Notes: generated by a model from the sequence alone, not told the origin. A stretch of 64,000 nt of DNA from Sedimentisphaerales bacterium (GCA_040772485.1 JAXGYC010000008.1:256001-320000); one strand, 5' to 3'; numbered from the stretch's first letter, positions 50,776 to 61,107 are shown. Numbers and translations are program-made.

Positions 50776-52131
50776 ATGGGACTACCTACCGTTGCCATCG
50801 TGGGCCGGCCGAACGTGGGCAAGAGCAGTCTGCTCAACGCGCTGGCGGGCGAGAGGATCAGCATCGTCGAGCCGACCGCCGGCGTGACGCGCGATCGCGT
50901 CAGCACGTTCCTCAGCCGGGACGACAAGTACTTCGAGCTGATCGACACCGGCGGCTACGGCATCGTCGATTCCGACCAGCTCAGCGATCACATCGAGCGG
51001 CAGATCTTCCAGGCCATCGGCTCGGCGACGCTGGTGATCTTCATGGTCGACATCCGCGACGGCCTGACGCCCCTCGATGAGAAAATCGCCCAGCTCCTGC
51101 GCAAATACAACCTCGACGTCATCGGCGTGGCCAACAAGGCCGACAGCGCCAAGATGTTCCCGGCGGCCGGGGAGTTCGTGCGCTTGGGCTTCGGCGAGTT
51201 CCTCTGCGTCTCGGCCGAGAACAACCTCAACAAGGCGGTGCTGCTCGACCGGATCTTCGCGCGGCTCGCGGACCGCGAGGACACCGGCGCCCCGCCGGAA
51301 CCGGTGATGAAGATCGCCATGGTCGGCAAACGCAACGCGGGCAAGAGCTCCATGGTCAACGCCATCGCCGGCGCCGAACGCGTCATCGTCAGCGAAATCC
51401 CGGGCACGACCCGCGACGCGGTCGACGTGCGGATCGAGAAGGACGGCAAGACTCTCGTCGTGATCGACACCGCCGGCGTCCGCAGAAAAGGCAAGATGGC
51501 CGATAACATCGAGTTTTACAGCAATGTCCGCGTCGCCCGTTCCATCCAGCGGGCCGACGTCGTCTGGTTCCTCATCGACGCGACCGTTCCGCTGAGCCAG
51601 GTGGACAAGAAGCTGGCCCGGCAGATCGCCGAAGAGCACAAGAGCTGCATCCTCGTCGTCAACAAGTGGGACCTGGCCAAGGACGTCGCAGCGACCAGCG
51701 ACTACGAGGAATACCTGACCGCCCGGCTGCCCGTGCTGAAGTACGCGCCGATCGCCTTCACGACCGCCGCCGCCGGCAAGAACGTCCAGGCGGTGCTGGA
51801 CCTGTCGGCCGAGCTGTTCAAGCAGGCCACCACGCGGATCGGCACCGGCCGGCTCAACAAGGCCTTCGAGGTCATCCGGGACGAGCGAACCGGCGCCAAG
51901 CGAGGCGGCGCCACCTGGCCCCGCGTCTACTACGCCACGCAGATCGCGACGAATCCCATCACCATCCTCATGTTCGTCAACAACCCCAAGCTCTTCGACG
52001 AGAACTACATGCGCTATGTCGCCAACCGGCTCGGGGCCCTGCTGCCCATCGGCGAGGTGCCCATCCGCCTGTTCGCCCGCTCCCACCGCAACGAGGCCTC
52101 GAAGCGCAAATCCCGCGCCGCCCGGCGTTGA
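50776..52131 (+). CDS. der: Ribosome biogenesis GTPase Der (EngA)
   Basis: Two G domains: GRPNVGKS/DTGG/NKAD and GKRNAGKS/DTAG/NKWD; C-terminal KH-like domain. Confidence 0.96.
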   Translation: MGLPTVAIVGRPNVGKSSLLNALAGERISIVEPTAGVTRDRVSTFLSRDDKYFELIDTGGYGIVDSDQLSDHIERQIFQAIGSATLVIFMVDIRDGLTPLDEKIAQLLRKYNLDVIGVANKADSAKMFPAAGEFVRLGFGEFLCVSAENNLNKAVLLDRIFARLADREDTGAPPEPVMKIAMVGKRNAGKSSMVNAIAGAERVIVSEIPGTTRDAVDVRIEKDGKTLVVIDTAGVRRKGKMADNIEFYSNVRVARSIQRADVVWFLIDATVPLSQVDKKLARQIAEEHKSCILVVNKWDLAKDVAATSDYEEYLTARLPVLKYAPIAFTTAAAGKNVQAVLDLSAELFKQATTRIGTGRLNKAFEVIRDERTGAKRGGATWPRVYYATQIATNPITILMFVNNPKLFDENYMRYVANRLGALLPIGEVPIRLFARSHRNEASKRKSRAARR

Positions 52132-52135
52132 GTCT

Positions 52136-52263
52136 GTAGGGGCGAAGCATGCTTCGCCCTCACGGTATGCCCTTACGGACACACTACGAACACGTATGCC
52201 ACCCGTTTGTAGCGACGCCATAAGGCGTTCCGTTTGTCAGGGCGAGGCATGCCTCGCCCCTAC
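52136..52263. repeat. Composite REP cluster: inverted family-A REPs enclosing two family-B REPs
   Basis: GTAGGGGCGAAGCATGCTTCGCCCT ... AGGGCGAGGCATGCCTCGCCCCTAC. Confidence 0.85.
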
Positions 52264-52491
52264 GGCCAGTCCACAAGCGTCTGCGCTGTAAATCCCACAC
52301 CACACAGACCCGGCCAAGGGAATCCACTTCAGTCTCGGCAGGAGCACGACCCCGCCGGATGCTCCAGCCCGCCACGCGGAAGAACCACCCCCGAGAATGT
52401 ACCGGACACCTCTATTTTCCCCCCGCAATTGACTTTCAATTCGCGCCCCGACAGTTCCGGCAACGTGCGGGCGAGTGTGATGTGTCGAGCG

Positions 52492-53520
52492 CTATTCGAT
52501 TCGTTCGACGGTCGTGGCGCCTTCCATGGTCGTTTTCATGGTCATGGGTTCGCTCTCTTGAGCCGCACGCATCTGGGTTTCGCCGCTGAATCTCATTTGT
52601 GTCTTGCGGTCGAGCAACAGGCCGGTGGCTGGATCGACGTTGACGGCGGCCGTGCAGGTTCCGCCCAGTTTGGCGGTCGTCTTGCCGCTTGGCGTGGCCG
52701 ACACGATAGGCGGATCGTCCATCGCTCGCTCGGCGGTGATTTGGATCGTGCACTTCTCACGTGCCGCAGCCGTCAGCGTGCAGGCGCCCGTCATGGCGAG
52801 GGGGGTATTCGCGGCAACGGTCAGCGGGATCTGCCAACTGTCGCCTTGCTGAACGGGCACATCGGGAAAACGGACGATCAATTCGCCAACCAGGCCGCGG
52901 ATGCGGTCCGCGTTCATCAGGGGGAACGCCTCGATCTGCTTCTTCAGCGCCTGCCGTCGGCCCTCCCGCGAACCGAACCTCTGGTCGGTTTGCAGTATGG
53001 CGTTGCTGGCACGTTCCTTGAGCCGCTGGCGCATCATGTCGTCCTCCCGCTCCATGATATTGCGTGCAACCGCCAGGAAGAGACTGTCGGTGCCCAACTC
53101 GAGAATCTCGCCTTTGCGTGAGATCTTGACGGGGCAACATTCGCCGATGAAGGCCGAGTAGTGGCTCGCCAGGGGATCGCTGCTGTCGGTGGGCTTGGTC
53201 GAGTCGTATACGAGGCCCGGCTCGGCTCCCTTCATGCCGCTCGTCTCCTGGATGGCCACGAAACGAACGTTGGCCAGGACCGTGCCGTTGTCGGCCGTCT
53301 CGATGGGTTCGACCGCCAAGGTGGTCGTCCGCGAGTTGGCGATGACCATCTGCTGGGGGCCCATCTGCGTGGCGAGGTCCATCGTGGTGGTCGCCCGGTA
53401 TGTCCGCTTCTGCCCGGGCGGGAGGCGAAACTGCAAGTCGATCTTTGCAGCCGCATACACATGGGGACATGCGGCGGCACAGAGCGTCAGGGCAAGCACG
53501 GTCCTCTGCAGGGGTTGCAT
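52492..53520 (-). CDS. Secreted beta-rich protein (DUF6263-like)
   Basis: Signal peptide; LQFRLPPGQKRTY, VYDST, FPDVPVQQGDSW, VDPATGLL. Confidence 0.65.
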   Translation of the reverse strand: MQPLQRTVLALTLCAAACPHVYAAAKIDLQFRLPPGQKRTYRATTTMDLATQMGPQQMVIANSRTTTLAVEPIETADNGTVLANVRFVAIQETSGMKGAEPGLVYDSTKPTDSSDPLASHYSAFIGECCPVKISRKGEILELGTDSLFLAVARNIMEREDDMMRQRLKERASNAILQTDQRFGSREGRRQALKKQIEAFPLMNADRIRGLVGELIVRFPDVPVQQGDSWQIPLTVAANTPLAMTGACTLTAAAREKCTIQITAERAMDDPPIVSATPSGKTTAKLGGTCTAAVNVDPATGLLLDRKTQMRFSGETQMRAAQESEPMTMKTTMEGATTVERIE

Positions 53521-53976
53521 TTGGCGTCTCCTTTCGATGCATCAGTGGAGCTTCTCGGCGTGGCCGCCTTCGGCCAAAACGTCTTCTATCCTATGGACGC
53601 CCGGCGCGACGGAATGATCGAACAAAACGCCGAGCGGAAACTCAAAAGGTTACTCAAACGTGTCCGGCACTTCTTGCGGGGCCTACTTGGCTGGCCCGAT
53701 CCTCTGAATCCCACGTCGGTTACATGTTACGTGCCTCTCGACGTCCAGGCAGCGCATGACGGACTTCAACGGATTCATCGCAAGCAGGTCCGCGTCGTCT
53801 TCCTGGCGATATTATAGCAGAGGACAGACACCGGGCCAAGGAGAACTGCGTGGCAGCCGTCTGGGATCAGCGCGACATCGGCGTCCACCATCCCCATCCG
53901 CCTGTGGCGGATGAGGCTGCCACCCAGGGCCTTCCGTATACCGCGCTTTCGGACGGGGGGCGATTTTTCCAGGGGT

Positions 53977-54004
53977 TTGCACAGATGCCGGCGGGGGGTA
54001 TACT
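53977..54004 (+). promoter_or_regulatory. Probable cstA promoter
   Basis: TTGCAC-N16-TATACT. Confidence 0.5.
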
Positions 54005-54048
54005 GGTATCAGATGAACGAGCAGACGCTGTTCTCTGGAGAACCGGCC

Positions 54049-56025
54049 ATGACGATTCTACTAATACTACTTATCGCCGGGATCGCATTGCTTGCCGGCG
54101 GCACCCTTTACGCTCCGCTGATCGCCCGGCGGATGGGAGAGCAGAAGGCCCGGATCACGCCGGCCGTTTCCATCAATGACGGACGCGACTACGTTCCCAC
54201 CAAGACGCCCGTGGTCTTTGCGCACCATTTCGCGTCGATCGCCGGAGCCGGACCGATCATCGGGCCGGTGCTGGCGATCCTCTACGGCTGGGGACCTGCC
54301 CTGTTGTGGATCGTCCTGGGCGGCATCTTCCTCGGCGGCGTGCACGACTTCGTGGCGACCTACGTGACAATGCGTGAGGGCGGCAAGAATCTGACCGTGA
54401 TCGCGCGGCGCTACATCGGCCCGGCGGCATTCGTGATGATGCTCGTGATTCTGGTGGCGATCCTGGTGCTGGTCTGCGCGGCCTTTCTCGATCTGTCCGC
54501 CACCGCGCTGACGAGCAAGGTCGCGCTGTCCGATCTCGGCATGCAATCGGGCCAGACCCTGTTGCGCGAGAAGTCGATCGTCAATCCGCGAACCGGCGTG
54601 GCCGAGCCGTATGCGTTAATCGGTGGAATCGCCTCGATGTCCGTGATCGTCATCACCGCCTTCTCGCCCCTGATGGGATTCCTGTACCTCAAGAAGAAAT
54701 GGCCTGTAGGGGTGTGTTCGCTCCTGGCGCTGGTGATCTGTGCGATCTCGATCCTGATCGGCTTGAAATGGCCCGTTTCGGTTTCTCCTCTGACCTGGAA
54801 GCTAATGATCAGCGGCTACGTGCTGCTGGCGGCGGGCATGCCCGTCTGGTTCTTCCTGCAGAGCAGGGACTTCATCAACGTGCACATTCTGTACGCCGGC
54901 CTGGTGTTTCTGCTGGTGGCCCTGATCGCGGCGGGACTTCGCGGCGCCGCGGTCGCCGGAGCCGCCATCCCCTGGAACAACTGGTCGGAGGGAACCAGGA
55001 TCCTCGGCCCGGGCTGGCCCATCCTGTTTGTCACCATCGCCTGCGGCGCCGTCAGCGGCTTTCACAGCCTCTGCGCCGGCGGGACCACCTGCAAGCAGCT
55101 CTCCAACGAACGTGCGGCCCGCAAGGTCGGCTACTGGGCGATGCTTCTCGAAAGTCTCCTGGCGGTGTGCGTGGTGTGCTGTCTGATCCTGGGACTGTCG
55201 CTGGGCACATACAAGAGCTACTGCTATCCGGCCGCGGGCGGCGGCAATGCCGTGTTGACCTTCGCCATGGCCGTCGGGCACACGGTCCACCTTGGCCTGG
55301 GGCTGCCCGTCGCCGCTGGCGCGCTCGGCGCCATGCTGCTGCTGGAGGGTTTCCTCGTCACGACGCTGGACACCGCGATCCGTCTGACCCGGTACATGAT
55401 CGAGGAAGGCTGGGCCACGTTCTTCGGCCGATACGATGTGTTCGCCCGGCCGGTGGCAGCCGTCGCGGCTGCGACCGATGGGAGCAATGCCGCTCCGCAG
55501 CGGATCGAGCCAACGGGCGCCGGCGGCCTGGCCGTCACTGAGCCGCCCGTGAGATATGCGCAGCCCACCGGCGAGGGCATCCCCACCAGAGGCGTCAATC
55601 GCGCGATCCTGCGGTTCCTGCAACTGTACTGGGTCAATTCGGGAATTGCGGTCGGCCTGATGCTGCTGCTGGGTCTGACCAACGGCTATTCCGTGGTGTG
55701 GAACATCTTCGGTTCGGCGAATCAACTTCTGGCGGCGCTGGCCCTCTGGGTGGGCACAACCTGGCTGATGAGCAAGGGACGTCAGTACTGGTTCGCCATC
55801 GTTCCGGCGGTCTTCATGTTCGTCACCTCCATCACCATGCTCGTCTGGCTGCTGGCCAAGAAGTACATCCCCGGCTGGCAAGCGGGCCAGAGCGGCATGC
55901 TCGCGCTGCTCATCGCGGACGTCATCGTGCTGGCCATGACCGCCGGCATCCTCGGTCTGACGCTCAAGAACTGGCTGATGAAGGGAACTCTGGCAACTGT
56001 CGCCCGCCCGACCCACGAGATGTGA
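54049..56025 (+). CDS. cstA: Carbon starvation protein A family transporter
   Basis: TPA...DGRDYVP, HHFASIAGAGPIIGP, TIACGAVSGFHSL, TTLDTAIRLTRY, FGSANQLLA. Confidence 0.93.
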   Translation: MTILLILLIAGIALLAGGTLYAPLIARRMGEQKARITPAVSINDGRDYVPTKTPVVFAHHFASIAGAGPIIGPVLAILYGWGPALLWIVLGGIFLGGVHDFVATYVTMREGGKNLTVIARRYIGPAAFVMMLVILVAILVLVCAAFLDLSATALTSKVALSDLGMQSGQTLLREKSIVNPRTGVAEPYALIGGIASMSVIVITAFSPLMGFLYLKKKWPVGVCSLLALVICAISILIGLKWPVSVSPLTWKLMISGYVLLAAGMPVWFFLQSRDFINVHILYAGLVFLLVALIAAGLRGAAVAGAAIPWNNWSEGTRILGPGWPILFVTIACGAVSGFHSLCAGGTTCKQLSNERAARKVGYWAMLLESLLAVCVVCCLILGLSLGTYKSYCYPAAGGGNAVLTFAMAVGHTVHLGLGLPVAAGALGAMLLLEGFLVTTLDTAIRLTRYMIEEGWATFFGRYDVFARPVAAVAAATDGSNAAPQRIEPTGAGGLAVTEPPVRYAQPTGEGIPTRGVNRAILRFLQLYWVNSGIAVGLMLLLGLTNGYSVVWNIFGSANQLLAALALWVGTTWLMSKGRQYWFAIVPAVFMFVTSITMLVWLLAKKYIPGWQAGQSGMLALLIADVIVLAMTAGILGLTLKNWLMKGTLATVARPTHEM

Positions 56026-56092
56026 CGGCGGGCAGTGATTCGTGGGAAACTCCGCGCGGCACCCGGCCGACGGTCATGAACCGGCCGCGACG

Positions 56093-57124
56093 CTATTGGC
56101 CGGACGGTTCGATACCCTCGTCTTCGGGAATCAGCTCCAGCACGAACCGCGCCGAGGGAAGCGATGTGCCTTCGATCTGCTTGTTTTGAACGTACTGCTG
56201 CGGGAAGTTGAAGACGACGGGCCTGGTGATGACGTCCGTTGCCTGCCGGTCCGAATCCAGCACGTACAGGAAGATGTGGAAAGGCTGCCGTTCGTAGGCT
56301 TGCCAGGCCTCCATGGTCGCCCGGACCAGGACCGTTGCCAGTTCGGCCTCATTTTCGAGGACAACCCGGTACGTGCCCTGCGTGTTCGTGCTGAAGCAGT
56401 AGCCTAAGACCGCCTGCACCGGATGCTCGGCCAGCACCACCTCTTCGCGGGCCAGCGTCACGCTCACCCGGGTGGCAATCTCCCGGCTCTGTCCGGCCGT
56501 CAGTTCCACGTAGGGGTTCTTTCGAATCGGCGAGCCCCGAGCCTGTGCCTGCTCGTTTGCCGAGAGGCGAACCCGGGCCGCAACCACGCCGTCCGGAACG
56601 TACGCGCTGACCGTCGGTGGCTCGATGGTGGCCCGCAAGGACGCGCCGTTTTCGTCGACGCACTCCACGGGAACAGGTCGCTCCACCAACGGGCGGATCT
56701 GGACGGTCAGCGTCCTCGGTTCGCAGCTCTCCACGGTCAGGCCCAGTTGCCGGATCTCGTCGCTCTGCTTGAGGAAGTTCAGCACGTCGAACGTTCGCGG
56801 GCCGACTTGCGTCCATCCTTCCTCTTCGGGCGAAACGAAGAGGTCGAGGGGCAGTTCCCCCTTCTTCCTCTTCCGATCCACCTCGGTCACGCGCGAGGCG
56901 GGCCCCTTCAGATCGACGGTATCGATGGTCACGGTGGGCAGCAGCGCCGATTCCGGGCCTTCGAAGCTCACCCAGAGCGCTGCATCACTCGGCCGGGCCA
57001 CCGTGATGGTCACGTAATTGGACAGGGACATCGGCTCATCCTGGGCCAGATCCGACCACACCCAGATCAGGACGGTCAGAAAGACCACGATGGATATCTT
57101 GCCAAGTTTGGGGTTCTTAACCAT
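56093..57124 (-). CDS. CdaR/YbbR-like membrane-anchored protein
   Basis: N-terminal TM (ISIVVFLTVLIWVW), TVDLKGP and EPRTLTV beta motifs; directly downstream of cdaA. Confidence 0.65.
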   Translation of the reverse strand: MVKNPKLGKISIVVFLTVLIWVWSDLAQDEPMSLSNYVTITVARPSDAALWVSFEGPESALLPTVTIDTVDLKGPASRVTEVDRKRKKGELPLDLFVSPEEEGWTQVGPRTFDVLNFLKQSDEIRQLGLTVESCEPRTLTVQIRPLVERPVPVECVDENGASLRATIEPPTVSAYVPDGVVAARVRLSANEQAQARGSPIRKNPYVELTAGQSREIATRVSVTLAREEVVLAEHPVQAVLGYCFSTNTQGTYRVVLENEAELATVLVRATMEAWQAYERQPFHIFLYVLDSDRQATDVITRPVVFNFPQQYVQNKQIEGTSLPSARFVLELIPEDEGIEPSGQ

Positions 57125-57216
57125 GTCCGTATTCAAACCCTGCCTTGTCAGGTTTCTGCGCTCGGTCCGTCCCGGCACAACGTCGTCGTCGATCCGGACC
57201 CCGCGCGACCGCGGCT

Positions 57217-58044
57217 CTACTCGTGACGCTTGAGCAGGCGTCCCACCAGGGGTACATTGCCCGCCATAGTGCTGGTCAGGTACGAACGGATCTGGGCTTC
57301 GGTCACGTTGCGAACCAGCCGACCGTTCCGCGCCACGGAAATGGCGCCCGTCTCTTCGCTGACCACCAGACACGTGGCATCGGAGCCGGCGGTGATCCCC
57401 AGCGCCGCTCTGTGACGCGAGCCCAGCTCGATGCCGTCCATGGCGCCCGCCTCGGCCAGCGGAAGCTGAACCCTGGCCGCGATGATCCGGTCGCCCCGGA
57501 TGACGACCGCCATATCGTGCAGCGCCGTGCCGGGATAAAAGATCGTCTTGAGCAGATCGGCGGTGACCCGCGCGTCCAGTCGAACTCCGGTCTCGATGAA
57601 CTCGCCCAGGGCCACCTGTCTTTCGAGCACGATGATCGCTCCGATGCGAGCGGCCGACAACTCGGTGACCGCGGTGATCAGTGCCTCGACCGTCCGCGAG
57701 AGTTGATGGAGAGACCCTGTCCAGATTCGAGGTTGCCCAATCTGGATGAGAACTCTCCGAATTTCGGGTTGGAAGGCCGCGACCGCCACGATGAGAACCG
57801 CGATCAGGAAGCCCTTGTAGAGATACTGCAGCCGGTCGAAAGGAAGCCGCTCGACGACAAGGTTCAAGACCAGCACCCCGGCGACGAGCAGAAAAATGAC
57901 ACCGCGAAACAGCCTCTCCCCGCGTGTGCCCTCGAGAAAATCCACCACCCAATAAACCACCAGCCCGATCAGGACGAGCTCAACGACAACCACCCACCAT
58001 TCATAGCGTGCGACCCGACTGAAATAGTCAACCAGCGTATCCAC
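57217..58044 (-). CDS. cdaA: Diadenylate cyclase CdaA (DisA_N domain with 3 TM helices)
   Basis: FQPEIRR, GAIIVLER, IFYPGTALHDMA, LGSRHRAALG, VVSEETGAIS. Confidence 0.92.
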   Translation of the reverse strand: MDTLVDYFSRVARYEWWVVVVELVLIGLVVYWVVDFLEGTRGERLFRGVIFLLVAGVLVLNLVVERLPFDRLQYLYKGFLIAVLIVAVAAFQPEIRRVLIQIGQPRIWTGSLHQLSRTVEALITAVTELSAARIGAIIVLERQVALGEFIETGVRLDARVTADLLKTIFYPGTALHDMAVVIRGDRIIAARVQLPLAEAGAMDGIELGSRHRAALGITAGSDATCLVVSEETGAISVARNGRLVRNVTEAQIRSYLTSTMAGNVPLVGRLLKRHE

Positions 58045-58086
58045 CCAAAACCCTTCCGTGGGCCCGGTCACAACCTTAGCCGCAGA

Positions 58087-58356
58087 CTACGGCAGTCTCT
58101 TGTCGGTGAGGTTGCTGGGCCGATCCAGCAGCAGCACCGTGTCGATGTCGGCGCGCATCATTTCGAAGTTGGTCTGGACGACTCGTTTGTGCCGCCGGTT
58201 GCCCTCGGCCGCCGTCTCGCCCGGATAGTTCCACCCGGAGGAGCAACCGCAGGGCAGAAGCACCAGAACGCACAGGATCAAGGCAAGCGCCAGCGAACGC
58301 AGGTTCAAACGACCGCTCCCTTGCTCGGTTTTCTCGACAGCCACTACGCTTTTCAT
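58087..58356 (-). CDS. Small putative lipoprotein
   Basis: Hydrophobic stretch ending PCG-C; C-terminal LLLDRPSNLT; first gene of the cdaA operon. Confidence 0.65.
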   Translation of the reverse strand: MKSVVAVEKTEQGSGRLNLRSLALALILCVLVLLPCGCSSGWNYPGETAAEGNRRHKRVVQTNFEMMRADIDTVLLLDRPSNLTDKRLP

Positions 58357-58475
58357 CGTTTCCCCTTCTTTTCAGTGTCCACTCGAATCCTGTGCGGCCG
58401 CATGCGATATCCTGCGCGCTGCCGGCTACGTGCCCCGTAACCGAGCGGCGCAAAACCTGCCCCGACAGAGACTTA

Positions 58476-58504
58476 ATTATAGCACGCCCGTTCGGGCCTG
58501 TCAA
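58476..58504 (-). promoter_or_regulatory. Consensus sigma70 promoter of the lipoprotein-cdaA-cdaR operon
   Basis: TTGACA-N17-TATAAT with extended -10 TG. Confidence 0.85.
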
Positions 58505-58777
58505 GCGTCCCGAGAATTTTGCGCCGCCGCGTCACCTAACCGCTTCCCAGCAGAGAACTTGCGTCGATCTGCGTCCGAAACGATGGGGCTATGGGACCTT
58601 CCGCCCGCGGCGTTCCTGCCGCCCCGCCGCAGCCAGATCCCCCGTCGGCGGCGTCGGAAAAGCCTTCAAACTGGCCCCACAAGCGGTACAATACCCCGCG
58701 TGCAGGCTCCGGAACCGCTCCGGCACGCGGTCGCCGCCGGCACAGAAGGACCCTTGGCAGTTGTGCAGGAGATCGAC

Positions 58778-60064
58778 ATGGGCAAGAAGTCATCCGTCCC
58801 CCGCCTCACCAGCCGGCAGCGCGTCGTCGCCGCGATCAATCACCAGCCCGCCGACCGCGTCCCCATCGATCTCGGAGGCACCGCCTGCTCGGGCGCCCAC
58901 GTCAGCGTTGTCGCCCGCCTCCGCCAGGCACTGGGGCTCGACAAGCCCGGAACGCCCGTCAAGGTCGTCGAAATGTATCAGATGCTCGGCGAGATCGGCG
59001 CCGACCTGCGGGAGGCGCTGGGGATCGACGTCGTCGAGCTGCCCAAGCCGAAGAACATGTTCGGTTTTGCGAACGCCGGCTGGAAACGCTGGCGGACGTT
59101 CGACGGCACCGATGTGCTCGTGCCCGCCAAATTCAACACCGAGCCCGAGCCCAACGGCGACATCCTGATGTATCCGCAGGGCGACCGGTCCGCCAAGCCC
59201 TCGGGCAGGATGCCCAAAGGCGGCTTCTATTTCGACTCGATCATCCGCCAGCACCCCATTGACGACGCCAGACTCGATCCGGCCGATAATGTCGAGGAAT
59301 TCAGCCCTGTCAGCGACGAGGACTTAGCCTTCTACGAGAAGCACGCCAAAGACCTGTACGACAACACCGACCTGGCCATCGCCGCGGGCTTTCCGGGCAC
59401 TGCCTTCGGCGACATCGCGCTGGTGCCCGCGCCGTGGATGAAGGACCCCAAGGGCATTCGCGACATTGAGGAGTGGTACATCAGCACCATCACCCGCCGG
59501 AACTACATCCAGGAGGTCTTCGCCCGCCAGGCCGAGATCGCGATCGAGAACCTCAAGCGCATCCATCAGGCGGTCGGCGACCGGGTGCACGCGGTCTTCA
59601 TGTGCGGCACCGATCTGGCGTCGCAGAACAGCCTGTTCTGCTCGCCCGACGCCTACCGCGAGCTGTACCTGCCGCACGCCAAAAAGCTCAACGACTGGGT
59701 CCACGCGCACACAAAGTGGAAGACGCTCAAGCACTGTTGCGGCGGATGCGAGCCGCTGATCGACGGGCTCATCGACGCCGGATACAACATCCTCAACCCC
59801 GTCCAGACCTCCGCCAGAGGAATGGACCCTGCGACGCTCGTCGAAAAGTACGGCGACCGCATCGTCTTCTGGGGCGGTGGCGTCGACACGCAACAGACCC
59901 TGCCCTTCGGCGCCCCCGACGAGGTCCGCGCCCAGGTCGCCGAACGCGTCAAGATCTTCAGCCGCAAACACGGCTTCGTCTTCAACACCATCCACAATAT
60001 CCAGTGCAACACCCCCACCCAAAACCTCCTCGCCATGTTCGCCGCCCTCGGACGAAACGTGTAA
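58778..60064 (+). CDS. Uroporphyrinogen decarboxylase / MtaA-CmuA methyltransferase family protein
   Basis: RQRVVAAINHQPADRVPIDLG, HCCG, LNPVQTSA, FWGGGVDTQ, FNTIHNIQ; AGGAG RBS. Confidence 0.85.
   Translation: MGKKSSVPRLTSRQRVVAAINHQPADRVPIDLGGTACSGAHVSVVARLRQALGLDKPGTPVKVVEMYQMLGEIGADLREALGIDVVELPKPKNMFGFANAGWKRWRTFDGTDVLVPAKFNTEPEPNGDILMYPQGDRSAKPSGRMPKGGFYFDSIIRQHPIDDARLDPADNVEEFSPVSDEDLAFYEKHAKDLYDNTDLAIAAGFPGTAFGDIALVPAPWMKDPKGIRDIEEWYISTITRRNYIQEVFARQAEIAIENLKRIHQAVGDRVHAVFMCGTDLASQNSLFCSPDAYRELYLPHAKKLNDWVHAHTKWKTLKHCCGGCEPLIDGLIDAGYNILNPVQTSARGMDPATLVEKYGDRIVFWGGGVDTQQTLPFGAPDEVRAQVAERVKIFSRKHGFVFNTIHNIQCNTPTQNLLAMFAALGRNV
59994..60064 (+). repeat. Direct repeat copy 1 (3' end of the URO-D gene)
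   Basis: 65/71 identical to 61156-61226. Confidence 0.92.
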
Positions 60065-60134
60065 CGTGTGAATGCGTAGATGGGTAGAAGCGTAGACGCG
60101 TGAATCCCGGGTGGCTCGACGGTCATTCGACAGC

Positions 60135-60163
60135 TTGACATCTGTGTACGGGCCGCCTATAGT
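60135..60163 (+). promoter_or_regulatory. Promoter of the MntA-HepT pair
   Basis: TTGACA-N17-TATAGT. Confidence 0.8.
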
Positions 60164-60226
60164 CCAAGTGGTTCTGTGCCTGGCTGGGATACATGGCACG
60201 AGCATCGAGATCGTGGAGACGGCGGC

Positions 60227-60670
60227 ATGAAAGCCGAATCGGACAAAGAGCGAATGGCGACTGCAGCGGCATCCGGGTCCAAGCCAATCGATTTGCAGCG
60301 TCTGGCAGCCGTTCTTGGCGGTATCCCGTTCATCGATTACGCAATGGTTTTTGGCTCGGCTCGGGACGGCGTCGCGCCCACCGGATCTGATCTGGACGTC
60401 GCCGTATCGTTGGCAGATGGCGACGCGGAGGACTTCGACCGCCTTGTGGAAATCGTGAGCAGGGTGGAAGAAACGTTCGATGTCCCCTGCGATCTGACGG
60501 TGCTCAATACGGCGGGGCCTGTGCTTCGGCATGAAGCGTTGAAGGGACGCGTGCTCTTCGTGCGACCCGGTCGGCAGGAGAATTTCGCTGACTTTTTCAC
60601 CCGAACGTGTGCCGAGTACGAAGACCTCATGGCGCTCCGCGCCCGGCAACTCGCCTACAGGGGGTACTGA
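60227..60670 (+). CDS. Minimal nucleotidyltransferase antitoxin (MntA family)
   Basis: VFGSARDG...SDLDVAV (GS-x10-DxD); CDLTVLN; 1-nt overlap (TGATG) with the HEPN gene. Confidence 0.88.
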   Translation: MKAESDKERMATAAASGSKPIDLQRLAAVLGGIPFIDYAMVFGSARDGVAPTGSDLDVAVSLADGDAEDFDRLVEIVSRVEETFDVPCDLTVLNTAGPVLRHEALKGRVLFVRPGRQENFADFFTRTCAEYEDLMALRARQLAYRGY

Positions 60671-61107
60671 TGCCCATCAACGGTATCGTCGAGAGCAAGC
60701 TTCGTTTCCTCGAACAGACCCTGGCCGACCTGGAGAGTTGGCCTCTGGGGACCCAGGGCGAGTTCGCCCACAACTCCATGCTTCGACGGGCCGTGGAACG
60801 TGCCCTGCAGCTTGCCATCGAGAGTATGATCGACGTTGCGGAGCGGATTCTGGCTGCCAGACACCTACCGCCGGCCGACACCGCCGGACAGAATCTCCAT
60901 CGGCTCCAGGAAATCGGGGTCTTGAAAGATGCCGATCGTTACGCCGAAATGGTGCGCTTTCGCAACTTCATTGTCCATCGATATGAACAGATCGAGCCTC
61001 AGATCATCTACCGTCTTGCGACGACCAAACTGAGTCACTTTCGCGACTTCATCGACGAGATCCGCAAAGCCTGCGCGGATCAGACATCCGAGCAGGAAGG
61101 AGCCTAA
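60670..61107 (+). CDS. HEPN ribonuclease toxin (HepT/DUF86 family)
   Basis: AVERALQLAIE; RNFIVHRY (R-x4-H-x-Y). Confidence 0.9.
   Translation: MPINGIVESKLRFLEQTLADLESWPLGTQGEFAHNSMLRRAVERALQLAIESMIDVAERILAARHLPPADTAGQNLHRLQEIGVLKDADRYAEMVRFRNFIVHRYEQIEPQIIYRLATTKLSHFRDFIDEIRKACADQTSEQEGA

Noticed and set aside
57125..57952. 619-aa ORF apparently extending CdaR upstream
   Set aside because: The extension overlaps cdaA in another frame and is low-complexity; real start at MVKNPK (57124)
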